This document shows positions 8,358 to 17,598 of a stretch of 40,815 nucleotides of DNA, in pieces (positions within the stretch are counted from its first letter, which is position 1; each line of letters begins with the position of its first letter). The translations under genes were made by a program, and so were the position numbers. The notes beneath the pieces were generated by a model. It was given only the letters and a program-made list of their open reading frames with translations. It did not search any database and was not told the origin of the DNA. Origin of the DNA: an uncultured Candidatus Kuenenia sp. (GTDB lineage: Bacteria; Planctomycetota; Planctomycetia; Pirellulales; UBA1268); NCBI GenBank assembly GCA_964578555.1, contig CAZODJ010000005.1:1-40815 (forward strand). The letters are read 5' to 3'.

Positions 8358-11300
8358 TTATTTCTTCACGACGAGCTCGTCGATGTCGATGAAGCCCGGT
8401 GACCAGTCGCCCCAGCCGGGGCCGATCACGAGGCCGCCCCCGTCGGTGACGTCGGTCTCGCCGCTGAAGAGTTCGACATCGTCGATGGCGACCGTGTGCT
8501 GTGTGCCCACGACCTTGAGCGAGAGCGTGTGCCACTCGGTGTCGAGCGGCACGAGCCGGCCGGTCTCGGTGAGCCGATCGATCGAGACCGTGGTGAACGG
8601 CACGATCTCTCCCTCCCGCCGCGTCGCATAGGTGAGCGCGAGCGCCGGCTTGCCATCCTTGCCGTTTTGAATGCCCAGTTGCAGGGTCTGGCCGTTCTGC
8701 TTGGGCCAGTTGCCGACCTGACGATGCAGCATTTGCAAAACGCCGTAGAACTGCGGATACGGCGGCTTCGAGGTCAGCGGCGGCAGCCGGAAGCGGAGGC
8801 TGAGCCCGTAATCACCGGCCGTTGTGCCGCTCACCACATTTTGCGATGGATGGCCTGGCGTGACGCGCAGCACGTGATTGGCCGAGTCTTCTGGATCGGT
8901 AACGATCTTCGGCGCCGCCTCCCCCTGGCTCTTCCAGCCCGGTGGGAGCCCGAGTTCAAAGTCACCCCGCAGCGTGACGCCCTCGCCCCACGCCAGCGGC
9001 ACAAGCCGGCTGCGGTCGCCGAGCAGGACAAGCCGCGTGCCGTAGTCGGCCGCGAACAAGAGCGGCTCATCGGCCGCCGCCAGCTGTCGCGTGAACAGAT
9101 CGAGCATCGCCGTCCCCGGTGGCAGATCGAGCGTGGTTGAGCAGGCCTCGGCGGAATAACTCTGCAGCAAAACAAGCACCGGCGCGCCCGGCCCCGCCGC
9201 GGCTTGCTCCAGTGCGATCCAGGCGATCTGTGGATTGGCCACCCGCAGAAATGGCTTTTCGTCCCAGTAGTTGTGAACCCGTGTCTCGGGCGTGCCATAA
9301 CCAAACCGGGCAAAGGCGGCTTCCATTGTGCGGATCGCGTCATGGTCGTAGCCGCCCGCCCCGCCGCGGATCTCGTGGACAAGGTTCATCGCCTTGTCGG
9401 AGAGGCGGCGATGATACGCGACATCGGCTGGCGGCTTGTCGGTGGAGCCATAGCCGACCCCCAGCCCGCCGAAGGCATCGTCGCTCCGCAGCGAATGCCG
9501 TGAGTGGGAAATCAGCCCCGCCATCCGGCCCATTTCCATCGCCCGTAGGTAATCGCGGGGATAGGGGAGCGGCTGGCCGGGATTGTCTTTGCTTGGGCCG
9601 CCCAAGACAAGAAACCCTCGCTTCTCGATCCGCTGCTGCTCCTCGGCCGACCATGTCGGAATCGTGTCGGGCAGCCACTGCCCGGGTGACTCGACACCGA
9701 GCGTCGCGTCCCACCAGGTCGTGAACGGGATCACCTGACAGTTTGTGACGTGGCCGACGATGTGCAGCCGCATCGGCCGCGGGTCGGCCGGGTCGTAGGG
9801 ATCGATCGGCGTGAGGCCCTTGGCCATCAATTCGCGGCTTCGCTTCCAGACCCGGCGGAAATACTCGCGATGCCCCCAGAGGCTGCTCTGCCAGTCGAGA
9901 CCTGGCCGCTCCTGTCGCAGGGTGAAACGGTTGCGATCGGTGTGCGGCATCGTGTTGTCGTAATAGATGCCGACGCCCCGCTTCATCCATTCGTCCGCGT
10001 AATAGACCGCGAAGTCTCGCCAGCTCTCCTGATTGGCGGTGCGGGCCTCGGGCCCCCACCCACGGCTATCGGGATAGGGCTTCCCGTCGTAGTTGAACTT
10101 GCGAAACCGGCACCAGCTGCCGAGATCCCATTCGTCCATGTACTCGACGCTTTCCGGATGAGTGCCGTTGGTCTGAAACTCCTCGTAGTAGACGGTGATG
10201 CCGTTGCGGTGAACCCGTGAGCGGGAGGCAAAGCCAAGCACACTCTTGAGCCAGCTCTCATGGCCGAGCACCGTCAGTTCAGGAAACTGCCGCTGCGTGT
10301 CGAGCTGCTCGAAAAACGCCTTGAATTCTCCCTGCCAGACATTCTTGTTCACCTCCGGATCGCGAGCCGACACGATCTTCTCCACGATCCGCCAGTCTTT
10401 CGGGTCGGGGTAGTGGGAGGAACAGTTGTAGCCCCCCCACACCACCACCTGCATGCCGCCGCCACCGGGCACCGCATAGCCTCGCCAGCCGTCCATCATC
10501 GGCTTGGTGGGGCTGCCCTGCAGGCCGAATACAAACGTCCGCGCCGCGTCGAGCATCACCGGCTGCTGGATCAACTCGACATGCAGCACGACCTTGCCCG
10601 GTTCGATCCGCAGCCGCTGGATGCCGCGCTGGCCGTCGGTTTCGTAGCCGGCGGTATGGTCACCAAACCACGCGATCCCGCGCTCCTCCGCCCCGAGCCA
10701 GACATACGGAGCGAAATTCCAAAACTCATTGCCCCAGTGCATCAGCTGCCGGCCGTCCCACACCTCGTATTCCGCGGGCGCTTTCCCGACAAAGGGCTCG
10801 ACCTCGAATCGGGCCGGACGCCACGGCTGGTTGATCCAGGTGATTCTGCCGCCGCGGGGCACCTGGCCGGCGTAGTTGTGCCGCATGGAGTTCATGCCAA
10901 CCATGTGACAGAGCGGCGACTCCGATTCCTTCACGGCCATGCGCAGCCAGGCCCGCTTGATCGCCACGCCTTTTCCATCGCTCGCCGTCGGCCCCAGGTT
11001 CATCTCCACCTTCGCGCAGCCGTCCTCTTCGACCGTGATGCGGCTGCGGAGGTCGAGGCCGTCGCCCCAGGCCGCGGTCTGGAAGACGGCCGTGTCGGGA
11101 TGGGTCGCGCGGCCACTCACGCCCCCGCTGGGTCCCGCCGGTTTCCAGGCGACCTGACGGTTGTCAGCCAGTTCGACTACCAACTGCATCGGTTCGGCCA
11201 GCAGCTCGCGGCCCTTGGCGACCATGCTTGCGAAGAGCCCCTGCGGGTTGAGCGTGTACGTGCGCTCGACGACCGAGACGGTGGGGCCGGTGACCTCGAC

Positions 11301-11921
11301 CGGCGTGAACGGGGCGAAGACCTCGTGGGTCTTCCCGATATCGTTGTGCTCAAACTCGAAAAAGCTGCGGGTGAGAAGCCGGTTGGACCCGATCACGCGG
11401 CCCCCGCCGAGGTCATATTCCACGCGGTAGGTGCCCCTGGCCAGCGTCGGCAGAGTAAACAGGCCGTAGCCCCGGCCGGCGGCGTCGAGCGGGATGGCCT
11501 GCGTGAACACGGGCTCGCCACCGGCGGCTGGCCGCACCCGCAGCGTCACCATCGCCGGCGGCTCCTTCGGAAGATCGGGGGGCAGCGTCTTGACCAGATC
11601 TTCGGCGTCAGCCTGCTTCATGTTTGGATGGTCGTGGATCGTGTCCGGGAGGGGCTTGATGATCTCGGCGTAGTCGAAGAGCAGTTCGATCTCGTTGGTG
11701 TATGGGTAATAGGCATAGGAGCCGCGGGCGAGAATCCTCTGCAGTTCGTCAAACCGCCGACTGTCATGGACCTGAGGGTTCCAGCCCATCTTTTCTCGCC
11801 AACGAATATCGTCTTCGCTGAGGGCTGCGGGCTCGGCCGCTTCAACGGCGGTGCAGCATCCCGCTCGCAGGAGGAGGAGCACGACCGGAATCCATCGACG
11901 GAACGGGAGGGGTCCGTGCAT
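8358..11921 (-). CDS. Large exported glycoside-hydrolase-like protein (DUF6067-like core) with C-terminal beta-sandwich lectin-like domain
   Basis: Signal peptide; WLGAEERGIAWFGD, FVFGLQGSPTKP and GIYYD motifs, which I associate with DUF6067-type proteins; C-terminal EWHTLSLKVVGTQHTVAIDD strand pattern. Family call is by recall. Confidence 0.6.
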   Translation of the reverse strand: MHGPLPFRRWIPVVLLLLRAGCCTAVEAAEPAALSEDDIRWREKMGWNPQVHDSRRFDELQRILARGSYAYYPYTNEIELLFDYAEIIKPLPDTIHDHPNMKQADAEDLVKTLPPDLPKEPPAMVTLRVRPAAGGEPVFTQAIPLDAAGRGYGLFTLPTLARGTYRVEYDLGGGRVIGSNRLLTRSFFEFEHNDIGKTHEVFAPFTPVEVTGPTVSVVERTYTLNPQGLFASMVAKGRELLAEPMQLVVELADNRQVAWKPAGPSGGVSGRATHPDTAVFQTAAWGDGLDLRSRITVEEDGCAKVEMNLGPTASDGKGVAIKRAWLRMAVKESESPLCHMVGMNSMRHNYAGQVPRGGRITWINQPWRPARFEVEPFVGKAPAEYEVWDGRQLMHWGNEFWNFAPYVWLGAEERGIAWFGDHTAGYETDGQRGIQRLRIEPGKVVLHVELIQQPVMLDAARTFVFGLQGSPTKPMMDGWRGYAVPGGGGMQVVVWGGYNCSSHYPDPKDWRIVEKIVSARDPEVNKNVWQGEFKAFFEQLDTQRQFPELTVLGHESWLKSVLGFASRSRVHRNGITVYYEEFQTNGTHPESVEYMDEWDLGSWCRFRKFNYDGKPYPDSRGWGPEARTANQESWRDFAVYYADEWMKRGVGIYYDNTMPHTDRNRFTLRQERPGLDWQSSLWGHREYFRRVWKRSRELMAKGLTPIDPYDPADPRPMRLHIVGHVTNCQVIPFTTWWDATLGVESPGQWLPDTIPTWSAEEQQRIEKRGFLVLGGPSKDNPGQPLPYPRDYLRAMEMGRMAGLISHSRHSLRSDDAFGGLGVGYGSTDKPPADVAYHRRLSDKAMNLVHEIRGGAGGYDHDAIRTMEAAFARFGYGTPETRVHNYWDEKPFLRVANPQIAWIALEQAAAGPGAPVLVLLQSYSAEACSTTLDLPPGTAMLDLFTRQLAAADEPLLFAADYGTRLVLLGDRSRLVPLAWGEGVTLRGDFELGLPPGWKSQGEAAPKIVTDPEDSANHVLRVTPGHPSQNVVSGTTAGDYGLSLRFRLPPLTSKPPYPQFYGVLQMLHRQVGNWPKQNGQTLQLGIQNGKDGKPALALTYATRREGEIVPFTTVSIDRLTETGRLVPLDTEWHTLSLKVVGTQHTVAIDDVELFSGETDVTDGGGLVIGPGWGDWSPGFIDIDELVVKK

Positions 11922-11957
11922 GAGATCTCCTCGAATGCCGCGTAGAGATCGCGCAGC

Positions 11958-13625
11958 TTATTGAAACTCAGCCCGGCCCCAGGTGGCCGCGCTCTCAAAC
12001 GGATAGATGGCCGGCGGCTCGCCAGGGTTGCGAACCTCGATGATCTGGTCACGCCAGAGGCGGCCTGTTTCATCGCTGAAGTGCAGCTCCCAGCAGGTTG
12101 CCAGCTGGTCGCCCGGCTGCGGCGGGTCATCGGCCACGCCGAGCGTCTCCCACGAGATCCGATACTCGAGCACATACCCACGGCCATCCGCTGCCGGGAC
12201 GAAGCGGCCCGTAAATCCGTCCGTGATCTCGGCGGCATCGGTGCCGAGGGCGGAGTTGAGGGCCAGTCGATCGGTGCCGGACGGAGCGTGGTGCCAGAGG
12301 AAGAGCGTGAGTAGCCGCGGATTGGTCGCCTTCACCTCTTCAGCCAGCGGCGGCTGAATGTGGCGGCAGTTGTAGTAGGCGGGGGCCTTGCCCTCGGCCG
12401 GCCAGCCGAGGCCGCGATCGAGCGAGAGAAAGAGCTGCAGGGCACCGCCGTGCCAGAGCGTTTCGAGACGCGTTTCAGGATCGACCGCATTGCGAAGCGG
12501 GTGCGGATCGCCGACGCGGGCTGCGACATAGAGCCCCGCTGCGTCATAGAGCATCCAGCCTTCGAGCCACTCGGGCCCTGACCCATCGGCTGATCGGGCG
12601 GCCCGAAACGCCGGCTCGGCCGGCCATTCATCGAGTTGGCCATCGATCACGACCGGTTCGTTGGTCCGTGGGACCGACATCGCCTCGACCTGCGGCCGAC
12701 CGAACGAGCGATAGAAGCCCTCCGTGCCCGGCGTGGCCCGTCGCGGCATGCCTGGCGACGCGGGAAGCCGCCGCAGAAAGCGGCCCGCGTCGAAGGCGAG
12801 CGTCTCGTCGCTGGGGGCATCGCCAGGCACGATCCGCACGGCCGTCTCGGCATCGAGACGGAGTGGAAATCGGGCGATGTCACGGCTCACGAAGGCGTGG
12901 CCGGTGTAGTTCTGGACTTCGGTCACGAGTGCCTCCGTGACAGCGATGCCGCATTCACCACGGTCAATCGTGACCGTGGCAGCCGGCGTTTCCACGACGC
13001 ACTGTCGGCCACTGTCCGGCTGCCGCACCACCATGCTGCCCCGATGGAGAAAGGCTGAATGGTCAGTCAGCAGGTCGAGTTCGGCCGGCCCTTCGACCAC
13101 GAGCACGCCGCCACTGCGCAGCGTGATCTCGATGCCGCCGGAATCGAGTGTGAGCCGCTCCCGGGCGAGCAGTCGGCCGACTGCGACTGACTCGGCGTTG
13201 CCGCCAGTAGGCAGCATCGCCAGCCGCGTGTTGCTGATCTGGCCGAGGGCGGCGGCCTGCTGCATGCTGGCAATAGCCTGCCAGGCGACGGTGCCGCCAA
13301 GGCCGCCAAGGAGTGCGATGACCATCGTCAGTGCGGCTGCCAACCGCCAACGCCGCCACTGTCTTCCGTCACCTCCCGGCGCATGCGCGAGGAGATCGAC
13401 CACGTCGCCAACACCGGTGCCGGCATGGGCGTCGGCCAGATCGGCCTCCAGGAGCATCGCCTCGATGTACCACCCGCGGGCTTCAGGATCGGTTGCCACA
13501 GCATCGGCGATCTGCTGACGGCTCTCCGCCGCATCGGCCGCGTCACCTTCATCGAGTGCGCGGCTCACCGTTTCGAGAAAGTGATTCTTTCGTTCGGCGA
13601 AGTCGTGCGAGTGATCGATGGTCAT
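11958..13625 (-). CDS. FecR-like anti-sigma factor with C-terminal CBM9-like sugar-binding domain
   Basis: N-terminal anti-sigma helix (DPEARGWYIEAMLLEADL), one TM helix, FecR region (VVEGPAEL, VETPAATV), then VVIDGQLDEWP, YDAAGLYVAARVGD, GYVLEYRISWETLG. Confidence 0.75.
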   Translation of the reverse strand: MTIDHSHDFAERKNHFLETVSRALDEGDAADAAESRQQIADAVATDPEARGWYIEAMLLEADLADAHAGTGVGDVVDLLAHAPGGDGRQWRRWRLAAALTMVIALLGGLGGTVAWQAIASMQQAAALGQISNTRLAMLPTGGNAESVAVGRLLARERLTLDSGGIEITLRSGGVLVVEGPAELDLLTDHSAFLHRGSMVVRQPDSGRQCVVETPAATVTIDRGECGIAVTEALVTEVQNYTGHAFVSRDIARFPLRLDAETAVRIVPGDAPSDETLAFDAGRFLRRLPASPGMPRRATPGTEGFYRSFGRPQVEAMSVPRTNEPVVIDGQLDEWPAEPAFRAARSADGSGPEWLEGWMLYDAAGLYVAARVGDPHPLRNAVDPETRLETLWHGGALQLFLSLDRGLGWPAEGKAPAYYNCRHIQPPLAEEVKATNPRLLTLFLWHHAPSGTDRLALNSALGTDAAEITDGFTGRFVPAADGRGYVLEYRISWETLGVADDPPQPGDQLATCWELHFSDETGRLWRDQIIEVRNPGEPPAIYPFESAATWGRAEFQ

Positions 13626-14167
13626 GCTGTCACCTCCCCGGCCAGACGCCGCTCGATGCAGGCCAGCAGGGCCGCGCGAATCCGATAGAGCGACTGCCGC
13701 ACGGAGCCGACCGGCCGGCTGACCCGCTCGGCAATCTGGGTGACGGAGATCTTGGGGCCGTACCGCAGTTCCAGCAACTGTCGCTGGGGAAAAGGGAGCT
13801 GGCCGAGACAGGCCTGAAGGGCATCCTGGCGGGCGTCCACTCGTTCACGCACCGCGTCGAAGTCAACGGCGATCGATTCGAGTGTCGCGCTCGAAAACAG
13901 CACCCGGCTCCGCTTCAGTTTCTTGCAGTGCGTGAGCACCTGATAGCGGGCGACTGCGCTCGACCAGGCCCAGAAGTCCGTGCCGGGTCGGAATTCGCCG
14001 GCCTTTTGGATGAGCAACACATTTGTGTCCTGCCAGACGTCTTCGACGTCCTTGGGCTCGAAAAGCAGGCAGCGGATGAGACCCCGCAGACGGGCCTGGT
14101 GGGCCGTGAGGTCGCGAATAAATGCCTCCGACGGCCCGCTGGTCAGTTTGGGTGGCTGGTGATCCAT
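13622..14167 (-). CDS. ECF sigma-70 factor (Rhodopirellula/Verrucomicrobium type)
   Basis: DVEDVWQDTN, FRPGTDFWAW...ARYQV, SVRQSLYRIRAALLACIERRL; stop overlaps the FecR start. Confidence 0.92.
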   Translation of the reverse strand: MDHQPPKLTSGPSEAFIRDLTAHQARLRGLIRCLLFEPKDVEDVWQDTNVLLIQKAGEFRPGTDFWAWSSAVARYQVLTHCKKLKRSRVLFSSATLESIAVDFDAVRERVDARQDALQACLGQLPFPQRQLLELRYGPKISVTQIAERVSRPVGSVRQSLYRIRAALLACIERRLAGEVTA

Positions 14168-14257
14168 AATGCGTCGTCGGAAAATGGCGCGACAGCCGAA
14201 ATTATCACCCCGGCTGCTGCCACGCCGGGTTCAGCCCCCGAAAAGGCCGGGAACACA

Positions 14258-14286
14258 TTGACATCCGTATAGTTGTTTTGTATCCT
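14258..14286 (+). promoter_or_regulatory. Sigma70-type promoter
   Basis: TTGACA-17 bp-TATCCT, 12 nt before ATG 14299; no SD. Confidence 0.7.
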
Positions 14287-14298
14287 GTGTCCACCGTC

Positions 14299-15054
14299 AT
14301 GAACACGTTTCAAATCTACGAAGAGTTTCGAGATTCGCTCGGGGAACCGGCGGCGCGGGCGCTCGCCCATCGGCTGGGGGCGATGTTCGATGAGCTGCGT
14401 GACGCGGTTACGAAGGAAGATTTCCGCAGCCTGCGGGAATCGATTGACGCCGACGTCTCCCGCCTCGACTCTGCCCTTGTGGAACTGGCCCAGGCACAGA
14501 AGCAGACAGAGCAGCGACTCGATGAATTGGCCCAAGCCCAGAAGCAGACAGAGCAGCGACTCGATGAACTTGCCCAGGCCCAGCGGGAAACCCAGCACGA
14601 GCTCAAGCTCCTGATCAAAGTGGTGAAGCGGCAGGCGGATCGGCTCGACAAGACGGTCGGCCGAGCAATGGAGATCGACTTCCGGGACCGGATGCCAAAC
14701 CTCCTGTGGCGGTTCCTCAAGCAGGCGCGGCCGGTCACCCTGCCGGAAATTGCCGATCAACTGGAGGCTGCGCTCGAGGAGTCGGAGCTGGAAGACATCG
14801 CCCGGGCCGACGCCTTTGCCGCGGGGTTGATCGATGGCAAGCCGGCCTTTGTCGTGGCTGAGATCTCGTTTACGGCCGTTTCCAACGATGTCCGTCGGGC
14901 GGCCCGCTGGGCGGCGCTCTTCAGGAAAGCCGGGCTGCGGGCGATTGCTCTCGTGGCCTGCGACGGCATTTCGGATCGCACGCTGCGGCTGGCGGAGAAG
15001 AAAAACGTGCGGGTATGCCTGGGGGGCCGCCTGCTGGCCGACCCTGCGGCATGA
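14299..15054 (+). CDS. Coiled-coil repeat protein with putative C-terminal PD-(D/E)XK-like fold (paralog 1)
   Basis: Start MNTFQIYEEF matches the paralog at 17599; VTKEDF neck; ELAQAQKQTEQRLD repeats; RAD...VVAEIS...DVRRA. Confidence 0.8.
   Translation: MNTFQIYEEFRDSLGEPAARALAHRLGAMFDELRDAVTKEDFRSLRESIDADVSRLDSALVELAQAQKQTEQRLDELAQAQKQTEQRLDELAQAQRETQHELKLLIKVVKRQADRLDKTVGRAMEIDFRDRMPNLLWRFLKQARPVTLPEIADQLEAALEESELEDIARADAFAAGLIDGKPAFVVAEISFTAVSNDVRRAARWAALFRKAGLRAIALVACDGISDRTLRLAEKKNVRVCLGGRLLADPAA
14482..14607 (+). repeat. Intragenic 42-bp tandem repeat, about 3 units
   Basis: gaa(c/t)tggccca(g/a)gc(a/c)cagaagcagacagagcagcgactcgat twice, plus a diverged third unit. Confidence 0.9.
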
Positions 15055-15115
15055 CACGCGGCCCCACCGGGTATCACTTTTCCGGCGGGCGGCACATTGT
15101 CTCTTGAGCCGAGCA

Positions 15116-15730
15116 ATGAATGACCCTGCCGCCAACACCCGCCGCAGTCCACCGGATGCCGAGGTTTATGAGGCATTTTTGGGCCTTTATTCCCGCGAAC
15201 AGGCCCGGATCCAGGCCTTCATTCGCTCGCTCGTGCCCGACCCCGCCGATGCCGACGACCTGTTCCAGAAGACGAGCCTCGTGATGTGGCGGAGCTTTGC
15301 CACGTTTGACCGGGAAAAGCCGTTTTTGCCCTGGGCCCTCGGCGTGGCCCGCCACCAGGTGCTCGTCCACTGGCGGACCCGCCGTCGCGACCGGCATGTT
15401 TTCAGCGAGGCGTTTCTCGTCACGCTCGCCGACGAGATGACGGAGCGGCTGGTCGTGGAGGGGGCAGACCGGCCGACGCTCGCCGACCGGCAGCGGGCTC
15501 TCGATGCCTGCGTGGAGCAGTTGCCGCCGCGGCAGCAGGAGCTCGTCCGGCGGTTTTACGGTGGTAATGAGCCGGCTGGCACGATCGCCGCCTCCTGGGG
15601 CCGCAGCGTGCATGCCGTCTACAAGGCGCTCAAGGTGATGCGCAAGGCGCTCGAAGAATGCGTCGAGCGGCGGCTGGCCGCGCTTGGCGACGATCTGCCT
15701 CCGCTGGCCGACGGGCTCGCGCCCGACTGA
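15116..15730 (+). CDS. ECF sigma-70 factor (Rhodopirellula/Verrucomicrobium type)
   Basis: Start moved to ATG 15116; DADDLFQKTSLVMWR, FLPWALGVARHQV, AVYKALKVMRKALEECVERRL. Confidence 0.9.
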   Translation: MNDPAANTRRSPPDAEVYEAFLGLYSREQARIQAFIRSLVPDPADADDLFQKTSLVMWRSFATFDREKPFLPWALGVARHQVLVHWRTRRRDRHVFSEAFLVTLADEMTERLVVEGADRPTLADRQRALDACVEQLPPRQQELVRRFYGGNEPAGTIAASWGRSVHAVYKALKVMRKALEECVERRLAALGDDLPPLADGLAPD

Positions 15731-15808
15731 GAACGGTTGAGAACTTCACCAACGACGAAAACATCCCGATCGCAACCCCCTACTGCCAATTGAATAATCG
15801 ACTCATAG

Positions 15809-15876
15809 AAGCCCGAATCGCAAGCGAGGGAAAATGTGTTCTCCGCCCCGGACTCCCTCGCTTGCACTACGGGCTT
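15809..15876. repeat. REP-like inverted repeat between sigma and anti-sigma genes
   Basis: AAGCCCG-aatc-GCAAGCGAGGGA ... TCCCTCGCTTGC-acta-CGGGCTT; outer arms GACTCAT (15800) and ATGAGTC (15885). Confidence 0.8.
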
Positions 15877-15918
15877 GCATGGAAATGAGTCAACCGCACT
15901 TTTCAAAGGTCAATAAAC

Positions 15919-17547
15919 ATGGCCCCCCTCCCCTGCCACGCCGACGACTTTGATAGCCTCGTGGCCGATATGCTGCATGGCACCGCGTCGGCTGCAACAG
16001 CCAGTCAGTTGGAGTCGTTGCTCGCGGCTGATCCTGGGAAGCGATCGATCTACCTCGATCGCGCGATGCTGCATGCCCAGCTTGCCGCCACGCCGCTGGC
16101 GTTGGGGCTGGCCGGGCGAGTGCATCCACCGATGCAGTTGCCGCCAATCGACCTCTTCGCGGCGGAGCAGCGGCCTGTTTCATGGGCTGGCAATCTACTG
16201 CGGGGAGGGCTCGCAGCGCTGGCGGCGGCCGCGATTGTCGCGCTCACGATCACCGGTCGTGATGCCGCGGTCGGAATAGCCGCCGGCAGCTACGACACTC
16301 GCCAGCTGCCCAGCCAAGCCGTCGGCACGCTCATCCAGCCTGCGGCGGCGGGCTTGCCGCTCGTCCGCACCACCCTGTCGGCCGCAGGGCAATCGAGTCG
16401 TCTCCGAACCGTGGCGGGGGCCGATGTCGAGCTCGCTGCCCCGAGCGTCTTCGGGCTGATGTCGGGGGATGCCGGGGCGCTCTTCGAGGGGGGCGTGCGG
16501 GCCCGCGTGACCGCGCCCGAGCAGTCGTATTCGGTGGAGGCCGCCAACCTCCGGGTCGTCGATCTTGGTACGGAATTCCGTGTCGATCGGATTGATGGCG
16601 ATCGCATTGCCGTGACCGTGCTCGACGGCGAGGTGGAGGTGCAGTCGCGGCTGCGGCTGCCGCTGGTCCACTGGTCGTTCGACGATCTCAAAGACGAGGA
16701 GCAAACGGCAACCGACGCCATCCAGTCGCTCACCGCCGTCGCCGGGCCGGCGGTGAGGCCCGTTGCAGGCGTGGTGGGCGGTGCTGCGTTCTTCGACAAC
16801 TCGAGCGGGGCCTTCCTTCGTGTCGAGGGAGGCACGGGCGACAAGGTCGGTGCGGGGCTCCTCTCGTTTTCAACCGGCATCTCGATCGAGGCGTTCATCG
16901 CGCCGCAGTGGAGCGGCGAGCCCTTCGACTACGACGAAATCTGGCGGAAGGAAGACGGCAACAGCCGGGTGCTGCTTTCGTTTCAGAACGACCGCACGAA
17001 ACACGCCGGCTTTTCTGTGCCGCCTGTCGCGGCCGGTCCCTGCCTCTCCTTCGGGCTGCAGGTGACGGCCCCCGGGGCTAGCGGTCCACGCTACGACGAG
17101 CTCGACATGCCGCTCGACGGTGTTGACGGCCGGCCCACGCTTGCCGAGCTGACCGATGGACGCCCGCACCATGTGGTGGCCACCTTCGACAGCTTCACCG
17201 GAATGAAGGCGATCTTCATCGATGGCTCGCTGCGATTTACGCACACCTATGCTGCCGGCAGCCTGATCGTGAGCGGCGGGCCTGAGCCTGCCTTCATCGG
17301 CAGCAGTCGGGGAGCCGAAAACTTCACTGGCTCGATCGACGAACTGAGCCTGTATGACTTTGCCCTCACGGCCGAGGAAGTCGCCGAGCACCGCCGCCGC
17401 CTGCTGTCTGGCCAGCCGGCGATTCCCCCGGCGGCCTTCGTGCGGAGCGATTCTGGCGATCGGCCCATTCACTGGCAGGGCGTCACGCGGCTGGTCGAGG
17501 GCCAGACCCGCGTGTTCGACCAACGTTCCGGACTGCCGGTGGAGTGA
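15919..17547 (+). CDS. FecR-like anti-sigma factor with LamG/concanavalin-A-like domain
   Basis: LESLLAADPGKRSIYLDRAMLHAQL, TM helix, VVDLGTEFRV, VLDGEVEV; LamG motifs HWSFDD, ISIEAFI, HHVVATFD, FTGSIDELSLYDFALTAEEV. Confidence 0.85.
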   Translation: MAPLPCHADDFDSLVADMLHGTASAATASQLESLLAADPGKRSIYLDRAMLHAQLAATPLALGLAGRVHPPMQLPPIDLFAAEQRPVSWAGNLLRGGLAALAAAAIVALTITGRDAAVGIAAGSYDTRQLPSQAVGTLIQPAAAGLPLVRTTLSAAGQSSRLRTVAGADVELAAPSVFGLMSGDAGALFEGGVRARVTAPEQSYSVEAANLRVVDLGTEFRVDRIDGDRIAVTVLDGEVEVQSRLRLPLVHWSFDDLKDEEQTATDAIQSLTAVAGPAVRPVAGVVGGAAFFDNSSGAFLRVEGGTGDKVGAGLLSFSTGISIEAFIAPQWSGEPFDYDEIWRKEDGNSRVLLSFQNDRTKHAGFSVPPVAAGPCLSFGLQVTAPGASGPRYDELDMPLDGVDGRPTLAELTDGRPHHVVATFDSFTGMKAIFIDGSLRFTHTYAAGSLIVSGGPEPAFIGSSRGAENFTGSIDELSLYDFALTAEEVAEHRRRLLSGQPAIPPAAFVRSDSGDRPIHWQGVTRLVEGQTRVFDQRSGLPVE

Positions 17548-17561
17548 GCCTGTGACGACAC

Positions 17562-17590
17562 TTGACGCCATCTTTATACGCCTGTACACT
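17562..17590 (+). promoter_or_regulatory. Sigma70-type, probably leaderless promoter
   Basis: TTGACG-17 bp-TACACT, 8 nt before GTG 17599; no SD. Confidence 0.7.
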
Positions 17591-17598
17591 CTCTTCCC

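Noticed and set aside
14168-15115. Shared autoregulatory promoter motif upstream of sigma genes 1 and 2 (GGGT...CATT)
   Set aside because: Spacing differs (20 vs 22 nt) and similarity is within chance for GC-rich DNA.
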